The notes: generated from the letters alone by a model not told the origin. Counted from the first letter of the stretch, positions 33,801-42,276 are shown. The stretch: DNA of 64,000 nucleotides from Akkermansiaceae bacterium (GCA_013001695.1 JABDMC010000201.1:32580-96579); one strand, 5' to 3'. A program made the numbers and translations.

Positions 33801-34175
33801 GCTCTCGGCGTTCTCGGCGAAGTTGTCGATGGCGTCGACCCGCGTCTTGATGTCGTCCATCAGGTTGCGCAGGTCGTACCCGGTCTCGGCCTCGACGGTG
33901 ACGACCCCGATGTTCTCGGCGGAGGTCGAGTTGATCTCGGAGATCCCCTCGAGGTCCGCGATGGCCTCCTCGACGGGGATGACGACCCCCTCCTCGACGT
34001 CCTCGGGAGTGGCGTTCGGATACGGCACCTTGATGGCGACGGCATCGATCGCGGTTTCCGGAAAGATCTCCTTCCGCAGCTGGAACCACGTGTAGAAGCC
34101 GGCGAGGATGACGGCCAGCATCAGGAAATTGGCCGCGACGTGATTGCGGCTGAACCAGCGGATGAGTCCTTCCAT
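30885..34175 (-). CDS. RND efflux transporter, inner-membrane permease (AcrB/HAE1-like)
   Basis: 1096 aa. MEGLIRWFSRNHVAANFLMLAVILAGF.... Twelve-TM architecture with two large loops, and the typical ...GIVVDDAIVVGENV... motif. Confidence 0.92.
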   Translation of the reverse strand: MEGLIRWFSRNHVAANFLMLAVILAGFYTWFQLRKEIFPETAIDAVAIKVPYPNATPEDVEEGVVIPVEEAIADLEGISEINSTSAENIGVVTVEAETGYDLRNLMDDIKTRVDAIDNFAENAESPVLEELLITSQVLSIAVYGDTDEATLRQVAEDVRDGLLVFKPAPVYYEGGLLGPLRFVTDSILRFIQGEAEITKVQLAGVRPYEISIEIPEKTLRRHRLTLAQVADAVRRSSLDLPAGTVKTAAGDVVIRAVGKRYDAKAFENVVVLTRPDGSVVTLGEIATIVDGFEDIDLETTFDGANAMIVNVYRVGNQDTLRIADAVREYLQQTRSQLPEGIGIEIWNDQSSFLRGRLDLLKRNGLLGLLLVFGVLALFLRPSLAFLVALGIPVSFAGGIWLMPQMGISINMISLFAFILVLGIVVDDAIVVGENVYRRMRMGEDPKEASWRGTHEVGVVVIFGIITTMVAFTPMLGLSGVSGKIWPNIPLIVIPVLFFSLLQSKLVLPAHLALLKASDPHRKVWIFGRFQRWVSYGLESFVLKVYAPFLQKCLRFRYFVAAAFIALLCIVMGIVGGGYIKSQFFPEVEADLLVAKFELPRGVPFEATQRAVAKLEEEAMKLAARHEDVDGNSVVVHMLASRGTQPLITAFAPEGPPTASNIGEVTVELRPSANRDISAEALVREWRQAVDDRGGIPGAVELTFVAQGAGGGNAIDLLVTGKDLEELRGAGEFLKSELQTYTGVIDLADSDRPGKRELRFGELTPAGRALGLRLGDVASQVRRSFYGDEAQRLQRGRDEVKVMVRYPEEERQSIENFEQMKLRTPGGAEVPLPQVVVVEEGRGPDTIQRVDRKRAIRITGDVDKTKNNANAVMGRFRNEALAELPRRFPGVQFSFEGEQQDQASSVKEIGIGFLFALVAMYVLMAIPLKSYLQPAIIMSVIPFGIVGAVLGHVLMRTELSIMSMCGIVALAGVVVNDSLVLVDYVNRHRGESKSVIEAATRAGGVRFRAILLTSLTTFAGLMPMLLETDMQARFLIPMAISLGFGILFATTITLILVPSVYVMLEDFKKAVAWLFGRHVSAPRTPSAPLQPEPGKDG

Positions 34176-34184
34176 GGCGGGCGG

Positions 34185-35378
34185 CTAGAGGCTGGGTTGC
34201 TTGGAGACCGGCGAGGCGTCCCCGGGGGGTTCGCCCTCCCCGGCGCCCCCGACGATCTCGACTTCCATGTTGCTGACCGGGGTGCTCAGGGCGGTCGTCA
34301 GGATGAGGTCGCCGGGTGCGAGCCCTTCCGAGACGAGCACGGTCTCCGGTTCGGTGCGGACCACCTTGACCTTGCGGAACGCGATGCGGTTGTCGGCGTT
34401 CACGACGAGCACCTCGCCGGGCGACACCATCGCGGCGCGGTCCACGACCACCACGTCGGCGACCTCGCGGCCCGCAATGGCGGCCTCCAGGAAAATGCCC
34501 ACCGGGGGCGGCGTCTCCCCGCCGGCTCCGAACTGCGCGACCACCGGGATCGACTGGGTGGCGGCGTCCACGATTTCCTCGGAGCGCACGAGGCGCCCGG
34601 TCCATTCGAACTCCTCGCCGCCGATGCGGGCGCGGGCCGTGACCGTTCCGGTGACCGTGCCGTCGTCATCGCGCTGGAGGTAACCGTAGTCTTCAAGCGA
34701 GAGGGGCAGGCGGACCTCCACGGCCCCCAGCGAAACGACCTCCACGAGCGGCGCCCCGGGGGCGATCACCGCGCCGAGGTCGACCATGGTCCGCTCGATG
34801 CGGCACCCGTAGGGTGCCCTGATCTCGGTGCGCTCGAGGTCCCGCAGGGCCTTCTCGACGGCGGCCTCGCTGGCGGTGATCCGCGCCCTGGCGCTCGCGA
34901 GCTGGGGCTTGCGCAGGACGAGATCATTGGGCTCGCGGCTCACGCCGAGCTTCCCCCAGTCGCGGCGGGCCTGCTCGGCGCGGGCCAGTTCCACCTCGAG
35001 GGCGAGCCTGGCGTCCTCGAGGGCGGCCTGCGCGTTGGCGAGGGCCGCCTGGTAGTCGGCGTCCTCGAGCGCGAGAAGCAGATCCCCCTCCCGGAAGACC
35101 TCGCCGGCCTCCAACCGGGACGTCACCGAGACGACCTTTCCGGGGACCTCCGCGGACAGCTGCGTGCGCCGCTGCGCTTCGACTTCCCCCTGCGATTCGA
35201 TCGAGATCCGGGCGGTGGTCAGCTCGGCCGCGACCACCTCGACCTTTTCGAGGCGCCTTTCGGGGGCGGATTTCGGGGCCTTCGGCCCGAGCATCACCAG
35301 GGCCGCACACCCGCCGATGCCGACCGCGAGGATGCCCCCCACGATGAGGAGCCAGACGATGATACGAAGCGGTTTCAT
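34185..35378 (-). CDS. RND efflux periplasmic adaptor (membrane fusion protein, HlyD-like)
   Basis: 397 aa. N-terminal TM anchor, lipoyl-like hairpin (...GKVVSVTSRLEAGEVFREGDLLLALEDADYQAAL...) and a coiled coil. It lies 9 bp upstream of the permease gene. Confidence 0.88.
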   Translation of the reverse strand: MKPLRIIVWLLIVGGILAVGIGGCAALVMLGPKAPKSAPERRLEKVEVVAAELTTARISIESQGEVEAQRRTQLSAEVPGKVVSVTSRLEAGEVFREGDLLLALEDADYQAALANAQAALEDARLALEVELARAEQARRDWGKLGVSREPNDLVLRKPQLASARARITASEAAVEKALRDLERTEIRAPYGCRIERTMVDLGAVIAPGAPLVEVVSLGAVEVRLPLSLEDYGYLQRDDDGTVTGTVTARARIGGEEFEWTGRLVRSEEIVDAATQSIPVVAQFGAGGETPPPVGIFLEAAIAGREVADVVVVDRAAMVSPGEVLVVNADNRIAFRKVKVVRTEPETVLVSEGLAPGDLILTTALSTPVSNMEVEIVGGAGEGEPPGDASPVSKQPSL

Positions 35379-35387
35379 GACGGTCTC

Positions 35388-36806
35388 CTATTTGCCCCGC
35401 GGGCGGAAGTCGCCTCCCAGGGCGAGGTGCAGGTTGATGCGGTTGTCGAGTCGCAGGCGCCGCACCGTGACGAGCTGCGAGGCGGCCTGGATGCGGCGGC
35501 TCTGGGCGGAGAGGAGCGTGAGGACGTCGCCCGACCCGCCGACGTAATCCTCGCCGGCCGCGAGGGAGGCGTCGGCGGAGAGGCGGGTGGCCTCCTCGAG
35601 GGCGTCGATCCGGCGGGCCAGGAACCGGTCCGCGACGAGGGCCTGCTCGACTTCGCCGAAGGCGTCCAGGACCGTCTGCTGGAGGACGGCGAGCGCCTGC
35701 CGCTCGTCGCTGCGGGCGATGCGCTCCCCTTCCAGCAGGCGTCGCCCGTCGAGGATGGGCGCCGCCACCCCGGCCCCCATCGACCACACGCCGAAGTCGC
35801 TATCGAGGACTTCCCGCAGGCGGTTGGTGGTGGTGCCGAGCGAGCCGGTGAGGGCAAAGCTCGGGAAGCGGGCGAGGTGGGCGGCCCGTTCCCGCCGGCC
35901 GGCGGCCGCGAAACGGCGCTCGGCCGCGAGGATGTCCGGACGGCGCAGGAGCAATTCCGACGGGAGGCCCGCCGGCGGTTGGGAGGGAATCCGCGGCAGG
36001 GTTCCGGGTCCGGCCTGCGACCCGTCCGGGTAGCGGCCGGCGAGAATATCAAGCTGGCGCCGCACCCGTTCGCGTTCCCCCTCCCAGAACGCGAGGTTGG
36101 CCCGTGCCGTGGAGAGCTCGGTTTCCACGAGGCGAAGCTGCGAGGCCGATCCGCCCTCCTCGAACAGCGCCAGCTCGAAGCGACCCCGGACGGCCTCCAC
36201 GGTGTCCTTGCGGACCTTCAATTCGGTTTCGGCGAGGGCCACCTGCTCGGCGGCCTCGGCCGCCGCGAACCACGCCTTCGCGATCTGGCTCGCGAGAGAG
36301 GTGCGGGCCGCGGCGAGGTCCGCGGCCTGGGCCTGGGCGTCGGCGATGGCGGCCGCCTGGCCGGCGCGCAGGCGTCCCCAGACATCCAGTTCCCAGTTCA
36401 CATCGAGCGAGGCGCCGAAGGAATTCGATATCGACGACGGGATCCCGCCGGCCCCGAAGGGAAAGCCGACGAACTTCTGCTCGGACCGGCTCCCGTGCAG
36501 GGAGGCGTCCATCTGCGGCTTGAGCGCCGCCCCGGCCTGCCGGGCCACCGCCGCGGCGCGCCGCAGACGCTCTTCCGCGGCCCGGAGGTTGTAGCTGTTG
36601 GTGGTGGCCACCCCGACGAGGCGCGAGAGGCGGCGGTCGCCGAAGCGCTCGATCCAGTCGCGGTCCACGCCGGCGCGGGCTTCGCGGGACGCGGCCCAGG
36701 CATCCGGCGCCATGGAGGCCACCGCCGAGACCCGGGACTCCGGCGCGGGGGCCGGCGCGCACCCGGCGAGGACCGCCGCCGTCCATCCTGCCGCCCAGGG
36801 TTTCAC
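35388..36806 (-). CDS. RND efflux outer-membrane factor lipoprotein (NodT/TolC family)
   Basis: A GTG at 36806 gives VKPWAAGWTAAVLAGCAPA..., a signal peptide with a lipobox. This GTG overlaps the TGA of the TetR gene as GTGA. OMF-type repeats follow (...NSYNLRAAEERLRRAAA..., ...PDILAAERRFAAA...). The longer track ORF (start 36983) would run inside the TetR gene. Confidence 0.82.
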   Translation of the reverse strand: MKPWAAGWTAAVLAGCAPAPAPESRVSAVASMAPDAWAASREARAGVDRDWIERFGDRRLSRLVGVATTNSYNLRAAEERLRRAAAVARQAGAALKPQMDASLHGSRSEQKFVGFPFGAGGIPSSISNSFGASLDVNWELDVWGRLRAGQAAAIADAQAQAADLAAARTSLASQIAKAWFAAAEAAEQVALAETELKVRKDTVEAVRGRFELALFEEGGSASQLRLVETELSTARANLAFWEGERERVRRQLDILAGRYPDGSQAGPGTLPRIPSQPPAGLPSELLLRRPDILAAERRFAAAGRRERAAHLARFPSFALTGSLGTTTNRLREVLDSDFGVWSMGAGVAAPILDGRRLLEGERIARSDERQALAVLQQTVLDAFGEVEQALVADRFLARRIDALEEATRLSADASLAAGEDYVGGSGDVLTLLSAQSRRIQAASQLVTVRRLRLDNRINLHLALGGDFRPRGK

Positions 36807-37474
36807 CCGTCCCCCCTTCCCGGTTCGGCGGGCGCGTGGAAGCCCGCCGTGCAAAAGTCGATGATCCGCTCGAGGAGAACCTCCACGGTGGGATTGCCGG
36901 CGCGGCCCGCCGATATTTGCCGCAGGGTTTCGCCGTGCATCAGGGTGTTGGCCATCACCCCGAAGGAAAAGTGCATCCGCCACAGGGCCAGTTCCTCCGA
37001 CAATTCCGGGACGGCCTTCTGCAGGGCGAGCGAGAAGCGTGCCGCCATGGCCTGGAACATCGGCTCCACGGACTCGGGCAGCCGGTAGCCGCGCTCGCCC
37101 ATGAGGCGTCCCATGAACTTGCAGAACAACTGCTGCTCGCGCTCGCCGCCGGAGATGTGCTCGATCAGCGGATTCAGGAAGGCTTCCAGGATTTCGCGCA
37201 CCGGCACGGGCCCGCCGGCGTGCCGCTCCTCGGCCTCGTCGAGCATGGCCATGCGCTTGCGGTTGACGGGCGTGGCGTGGCGCTCGACCACCGCATCGAC
37301 GAGCTTCTCCTTCGAGCCGAAGTGATAGTTCACGGCGGCGACATTCGCACCGGCGAGACTGGTGATGTCGCGCAGGGAGACGACCTCGAAGCCGCGTTCC
37401 GCGAAGAGACCCTCGGCGGCCTCGAGAATGCGCTCCCGGGTCCCGGTCTTTTCCTCTGACGATCCCACAGCCAC
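36803..37474 (-). CDS. TetR/AcrR family transcriptional regulator
   Basis: The HTH region RERILEAAEGLFAERGFEVVSLRDITSLAGANVAAVNYHFGSKEKL is the TetR N-domain signature. There is no ATG upstream of it. The track start 37546 is TTG. I prefer GTG 37474 (VAVGSSEEKTGTRERIL...), but the start remains uncertain. Confidence 0.8.
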   Translation of the reverse strand: MAVGSSEEKTGTRERILEAAEGLFAERGFEVVSLRDITSLAGANVAAVNYHFGSKEKLVDAVVERHATPVNRKRMAMLDEAEERHAGGPVPVREILEAFLNPLIEHISGGEREQQLFCKFMGRLMGERGYRLPESVEPMFQAMAARFSLALQKAVPELSEELALWRMHFSFGVMANTLMHGETLRQISAGRAGNPTVEVLLERIIDFCTAGFHAPAEPGRGDG

Positions 37475-37481
37475 GAAACGA

Positions 37482-37494
37482 CTGTTTAAAACAG
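37482..37494. promoter_or_regulatory. candidate TetR operator, palindrome CTGTTT-A-AAACAG
   Basis: Exact 6-1-6 inverted repeat, 8 nt upstream of the proposed GTG start of the TetR gene and at the head of the tetR-OMF-MFP-RND operon. Confidence 0.4.
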
Positions 37495-37678
37495 AGGTTT
37501 CAACTGTCAACGGCTTTTCCGCCCAAAGTGCGCAGAGATGCCGCAATTCCCTTGTGAAGAGGAGCTTTCAAAGATACATACTTGTTAATAGTCACAATGC
37601 CTGATCTCGGCACTTGTCGAGGCGGGAGGCGACAGGCTAAGCCGTGCAGAACGGAGCCCCGGACGGGCGGACCCCCAC

Positions 37679-38506
37679 ATGACGATCACCACCGACATCC
37701 AGCTGCACCACGGCGATTGCGTCGCGGGGCTTGCGGCCTTGGAGCCCTCCTCGGTGGATCTCGTGGTGACCTCCCCGCCCTACAACCTCGGGATCGGGTA
37801 CCGGAGCTACGACGACACCGGGGACCGCGCCGCCTACCTCGAGTGGTGCCTCGAGTGGGCCGGGTTGGTCCGGGACGTCCTGGTCGAGAACGGCTCGTTC
37901 TTCCTGAACGTCGGGGCGGCCCCGAGCAATCCCCTCTTCCCCCACCAGGTGGTGCTGGCCCTCACCGCCGACGGGCGCTTCCACCTCCAGAACACCTTCC
38001 ACTGGATCAAGTCCATCACGGTCGCGACCCGCTCGGGGGAATCCGTCTCGGCCGGCCATTTCAAGCCCATCAATTCCAAGCGCTTCGTCAACGACTGCCA
38101 CGAGTACGTCTTCCACCTCACCCGGACCGGCAAGGTTCCGCTGGACCGGCGCGCCGCCGGGGTGCCCTACGCCGACAAATCCAACATCGCCCGCTGGCAG
38201 CACACCGGCGGCGACGACCTCCGCTGCCGGGGCAACAACTGGTTCATCCCGTATGACACCATCAAGTCGCGGGATGCCGACCGCCCCCACCCGGCCACCT
38301 TCCCGCCGGCCCTCGTGGCCCAGTGCATCCGCCTGCACGGACTCGCGACCGCCACCCGCCTCCTCGATCCCTTTCTCGGAATCGGCTCATCGGCGGTTGC
38401 AGCGGTCGAGATGGGCATCCAGAGTGTCACGGGGTTCGAGATCGACGCAGACTATCTCGACGTGGCCCGCGCCCGGATCCGTGAACTCGAGTCGCGCCCG
38501 GTGTAA
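37679..38506 (+). CDS. beta-class DNA methyltransferase (N4-cytosine or N6-adenine), apparently orphan
   Basis: Motif IV DLVVTSPPYNLG precedes motif I LLDPFLGIGSSAVAAV, which is the beta-class order. No restriction-endonuclease-like ORF is adjacent. Confidence 0.8.
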   Translation: MTITTDIQLHHGDCVAGLAALEPSSVDLVVTSPPYNLGIGYRSYDDTGDRAAYLEWCLEWAGLVRDVLVENGSFFLNVGAAPSNPLFPHQVVLALTADGRFHLQNTFHWIKSITVATRSGESVSAGHFKPINSKRFVNDCHEYVFHLTRTGKVPLDRRAAGVPYADKSNIARWQHTGGDDLRCRGNNWFIPYDTIKSRDADRPHPATFPPALVAQCIRLHGLATATRLLDPFLGIGSSAVAAVEMGIQSVTGFEIDADYLDVARARIRELESRPV

Positions 38507-38550
38507 GCGCCCCCCGCCGTTCCCCGCCCTCCTTACAAGTCATCCCCTCC

Positions 38551-39315
38551 ATGGATCTCGAAGCCTCTGAAGAATTCACCACCGTCGAGTCGGCGTTCAT
38601 CCGGCAGCGCAACGTCCTGATGCTGCGGGGCCACTTCCCCGCGCTCTACACCGATTACTACCTGCACCTCATGCAGCACGGGTTGCGCTACCCGCAGACC
38701 CTCGACCACACCCTGAAGGAGCTGCTCGCCATGCTCACCCTGCACCTCGTGGCCCGCCCGTGGGCCGAGACCATCGCGTGGACGGTCAACCTGCGGGCCC
38801 CGCGGGTGAACTTCTTTGCCACCGGGGCCTCGCTGGACGAGCAGGTGACCGGGCGCCTCTTCACCGACGACGTCCGCGAACCGGCGCGGGCCCTCTTCTA
38901 CCAGCAGATCACGGTGCCGGACCGCGAACCGCGGCTGTCGACGATCGAGATCGACGGCACCGACCCGCTGGTGTGGACCGAGGCCCTCTACCGGCAATCC
39001 GAGCAGCGTCCCGGCCGGGCCTTCCGGCTCCCGGACGAGAACTATGTCCTCCTCGCGGCCCAGCCGGACTTCGACCCGGAGTGGCTCGAGTCGCTGGACG
39101 AAGGCCAGGTCGCCGAAATCGACCGGCAGGAGGAAATCAAGCTGCTCGAAAAGCGGCGCTTCAAGTGGCATTGCGGGTGCACGCTGGAACGCATCCTCCC
39201 GGCCCTCGGGATGTGGCGCGAGAAGCCGGATGAGCTCTTCCAGGGTGAGGACCACATCATCCTGCAATGTCCGCGGTGCGCCGCGAAGTTCGAGGTCACC
39301 CGCGACATGATCTAG
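38551..39315 (+). CDS. hslO: Hsp33-like redox-regulated chaperone (short, divergent)
   Basis: C-terminal zinc switch FKWHCGCTLERILPALG...IILQCPRCAAKFEV (CxC...CxxC) and the upstream ...LYRQSEQRPGRAFRL resemble Hsp33. It is 254 aa, shorter than the ~290 aa typical of the family. Confidence 0.6.
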   Translation: MDLEASEEFTTVESAFIRQRNVLMLRGHFPALYTDYYLHLMQHGLRYPQTLDHTLKELLAMLTLHLVARPWAETIAWTVNLRAPRVNFFATGASLDEQVTGRLFTDDVREPARALFYQQITVPDREPRLSTIEIDGTDPLVWTEALYRQSEQRPGRAFRLPDENYVLLAAQPDFDPEWLESLDEGQVAEIDRQEEIKLLEKRRFKWHCGCTLERILPALGMWREKPDELFQGEDHIILQCPRCAAKFEVTRDMI

Positions 39316-39318
39316 GTG

Positions 39319-40461
39319 ATGAGCGACTTCGATGCCGTCATCCCGCGCCGCGGCACGGGCTCGCTGAAGTGGGACCGGCGCCCGGACCTCGACCCGTTCT
39401 GGGTGGCCGACATGGACTTTGCCTCGCCTCCCGCGGTGGTGGAGGCCCTCCGCGAGCGGGTGGCCCACGGGGTGTTCGGCTATCCCGTCGCCCATCCGGC
39501 GCTGGTGGAGGCCCTCGTGGCCTACCTCGCGGAGCGGCACGGGGCGCAGGTTCCGGCGGACCACCTCGCGCACCTCGGCGGACTCGTCCCGGCGCTCTCC
39601 CTGGCGGGCCGCGCCTTCGCGCAACCCGGCGAGGCCATGCTGACCGCCACCCCGGTCTACCCGCCGTTTCTCGGCGTGCACCGCGACCACAACCTGCAGC
39701 TGCTCACCACCCCCCACGTGCAGGACGGGGGGCGCTGGACCTTCGACTGGGAGCACCTCGAGCGCACCGTGACCGCCGAGACGCGCATCTTCCTTCTCTG
39801 CCACCCGCAGAACCCCCTCGGGCGCGTCTTCCCGAAAGAGGAGGTCGTCCGCGTCGCGGAGTTTTGCGCGCGGCACGACCTCGTCCTGGTCTCGGACGAG
39901 ATTCACTGCGACCTCGTCCTCGACGAGGAGGCCACGCCGTTCGTTTCGGCCCTCCACCTCCCCGCCGAGCTGCTGGCCCGCACCGTCGTCCTGATGGCGC
40001 CCAGCAAGACCTACAACATCGCGGGCCTCGGGTACTCCTTCGCGGTCATTCCCGACGAGACCCTGCGGCGCAAGTTCACGCAAGCCCGGGGGCACATCCT
40101 CCCGGAGATCAACTGCCTCGCGTTCCACGCCGCGGAAGCCGCCTACCGGCACGGCGAAGCGTGGCGGCAGGACCTCCTCGCCTACCTCCGCGGGAACCGC
40201 GACCTCCTCACCGATTTCGTCCGGAGCCGGCTCCCCGGGGTGGTCGTCCCCGACATCGAGGCCACCTACCTGGCGTGGCTCGACTTCCGCCCCGCGGGGC
40301 TCGAGGAGCCCGCCGCCCATTTCGAAAAGCAGGCCGGCTTGTTCCTGTCGGACGGCCGCTTCTTCGGGTCTCCCGGGCACGCCCGCCTGAACTTCGGCTG
40401 TCCGCGGGCCGCCCTGCAGGATGCCCTCGACCGCATCGCCGGGTCCCTCGCCGCGGACTGA
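39319..40461 (+). CDS. PLP-dependent C-S lyase / aminotransferase, PatB/MalY family
   Basis: N-terminus FDAVIPRRGTGSLKWD.... PLP-Lys region ...VLMAPSKTYNIAGLG.... Tail ...ARLNFGCPRAALQDAL. Confidence 0.82.
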   Translation: MSDFDAVIPRRGTGSLKWDRRPDLDPFWVADMDFASPPAVVEALRERVAHGVFGYPVAHPALVEALVAYLAERHGAQVPADHLAHLGGLVPALSLAGRAFAQPGEAMLTATPVYPPFLGVHRDHNLQLLTTPHVQDGGRWTFDWEHLERTVTAETRIFLLCHPQNPLGRVFPKEEVVRVAEFCARHDLVLVSDEIHCDLVLDEEATPFVSALHLPAELLARTVVLMAPSKTYNIAGLGYSFAVIPDETLRRKFTQARGHILPEINCLAFHAAEAAYRHGEAWRQDLLAYLRGNRDLLTDFVRSRLPGVVVPDIEATYLAWLDFRPAGLEEPAAHFEKQAGLFLSDGRFFGSPGHARLNFGCPRAALQDALDRIAGSLAAD

Positions 40462-40476
40462 CGGGAATCCGCCACG

Positions 40477-41241
40477 ATGTCCACAAGCCCCGCCGCGACC
40501 CTCGCCCCCCCCGCCTTGCGCCTTGCGCCCTCCCTCGCCGGAGTGCATCTTCCCGCCGTGAGATCGTTGTTGCTTGCCGCCGCCCTGTTTGCGGCTCCGG
40601 CCCTCTCTGCCGCCCAGCCCGAACACGTCATCCTCTGCGGCGGCCCCGCCCTGCGCCAGTGGGAGGACTTCCGGGTCAAGAACGAGCAGCACGACCGGTG
40701 GTGGGCGAACTTCATCCGCGCCTCCACGCTCCGGATGGCCGAAATCCGGCGCGCCTACGGCAAGGAGGCCAAGCTCACCTGGATCGTCTACCGCCCCGGC
40801 TACGTGACCCGCGGCCGCGAGGACGGCAAGCCCTACACCACCTGGATCCGCGAGAACGCCACGAAGCGGAATTGCGAGCTGATCTGGGTCGACACCGGGG
40901 CCGAAGCAATCCAGGCGATCAACTCGCGGCCCGCGGGCTCCATCCTGACCTTCGACTTTTTCGGACACTCCAACCGCCATTGTTTCCTGCTCGATTACGG
41001 CAACGAGATCATGGCGGCCAGCAAGGCGTGGATCCACGAGGACGACCTCGGCAAGATCCGCCGCAAGAGCTTCGACAAGCGGGCCCTCTGCCAGAGCTAC
41101 GGTTGCCACACCGGGGAAAGCATGAGCGCCAAGTGGCGGCTGGCACTCGGAATCAAGCTCGTCGGCGCCCATGGAAAGACCGACTATGCGGTGGTGGGGC
41201 AAGGACGCCTGCCCACCGTTTCCGGCCGCTGGGTCCGCTGA
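40477..41241 (+). CDS. secreted protein of unknown function
   Basis: 254 aa with ATG start. The signal peptide ends ...LLLAAALFAAPALSAAQP. The mature part is non-repetitive, with conserved-looking Cys/His/Trp positions (VILCGGPAL, DFFGHSNRHCF, CQSYGCHTGE). I recognise no family. Confidence 0.6.
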   Translation: MSTSPAATLAPPALRLAPSLAGVHLPAVRSLLLAAALFAAPALSAAQPEHVILCGGPALRQWEDFRVKNEQHDRWWANFIRASTLRMAEIRRAYGKEAKLTWIVYRPGYVTRGREDGKPYTTWIRENATKRNCELIWVDTGAEAIQAINSRPAGSILTFDFFGHSNRHCFLLDYGNEIMAASKAWIHEDDLGKIRRKSFDKRALCQSYGCHTGESMSAKWRLALGIKLVGAHGKTDYAVVGQGRLPTVSGRWVR

Positions 41242-41277
41242 CCCCCGGCCACCCTGCACCTCCCCACCCACCCGTTC

Positions 41278-42276
41278 ATGAACTTCGCCGACCTCGAGAC
41301 CCTCTACAACCAACCGCTGTTCGATCTCCTCAAGCAAGCCCGGGCGGTCCACGAGGACCACTGGTCGGACAAGTCGGTGCAACTCTGCACCCTCCTCTCG
41401 ATCAAGACCGGGGGCTGCTCGGAGGACTGCTCCTACTGCGCGCAGTCGGCCCGCTACGACACCCCGGTCGGGGCGGAACGCCTCATGGAGCGCGAGGCCG
41501 TCATGGAGCGCGCCACCGCCGCGAAGCGCAGCGGTTCCACCCGGTTCTGCATGGGCGCCGCGTGGCGCGGGGTGCGGGCCGGAACGAGCCGCTTCGAGGA
41601 TGTCCTCGGCATCGTCCGGGACGTGGCGTCGCTCGACATGGAAGTGTGCGTCACCCTCGGCGAACTGGGGCCCGAGGAGGCCCGCCAGCTGCGCGAGGCC
41701 GGCGTGACGGCCTACAACCACAACATCGACACCTCGCCGGAGCACTACCCGGAGATTGTCACGACCCACAGCTTTGACGACCGCCTCCGCACGATCCGCC
41801 ACGTGCAGGACGCCGGGATGTCGGTGTGCTGCGGCGGCATCCTCGGCCTGGGGGAAACCGTCGCGGACCGCCTGCGCATGCTCGAGGTCATCTCGGAATT
41901 CAACCCCGCGCCGGAAAGCATCCCGATCAACTCGCTGATGCCGATGCCCGGCACGCCGCTCGCGGACGCCGATCCGGTGCGCCCGCTCGACCTGGTGCGC
42001 ATGATCGCGGTGACGCGCCTGGCGGTGCCGAAAGCCCGGGTGCGGCTCTCGGCGGGCCGCACCCTGCTGTCCGACGAGACGCAGGCGCTCTGCTTTTTCG
42101 CCGGGGCGAACTCGATCTTCTACGGGGACAAGCTCCTCACCGCCGACAACCCCGCGATTGCCCGGGACCTGTCCCTGCTCGAGGACCTCGGGCTGGAGGC
42201 GAAGGCGCCCGACCGCAGCCAGCAGCCGCCGGAACCGGCCGCGGGACGGCCCCGCTCGCCGGCCCCGCAGCATTGA
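41278..42276 (+). CDS. bioB: biotin synthase
   Basis: Radical-SAM motif GGCSEDCSYCAQS. Also ...FCMGAAWR..., ...YNHNIDTS... and ...CCGGILGLGE.... Confidence 0.93.
   Translation: MNFADLETLYNQPLFDLLKQARAVHEDHWSDKSVQLCTLLSIKTGGCSEDCSYCAQSARYDTPVGAERLMEREAVMERATAAKRSGSTRFCMGAAWRGVRAGTSRFEDVLGIVRDVASLDMEVCVTLGELGPEEARQLREAGVTAYNHNIDTSPEHYPEIVTTHSFDDRLRTIRHVQDAGMSVCCGGILGLGETVADRLRMLEVISEFNPAPESIPINSLMPMPGTPLADADPVRPLDLVRMIAVTRLAVPKARVRLSAGRTLLSDETQALCFFAGANSIFYGDKLLTADNPAIARDLSLLEDLGLEAKAPDRSQQPPEPAAGRPRSPAPQH

Noticed and set aside
36807-36983. Longer N-terminus for the OMF gene (track start 36983)
   Set aside because: It would overlap the TetR coding region by about 180 nt and adds non-signal-peptide sequence. 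The GTG at 36806 gives a lipoprotein signal and a GTGA stop/start junction.
30819-37088. 2089-aa plus-strand ORF, the longest in the window
   Set aside because: It runs antisense across four well-supported minus-strand genes (RND permease, adaptor, OMF, TetR). Its composition is the R/G/H/D/E/P-rich pattern of GC-rich antisense frames, and it has no recognisable motifs. It is a shadow ORF.
38533-42273. 1246-aa minus-strand ORF
   Set aside because: It is antisense to five plus-strand genes with clear family signatures (Hsp33-like, PatB/MalY, secreted protein, bioB). It has shadow-ORF composition.
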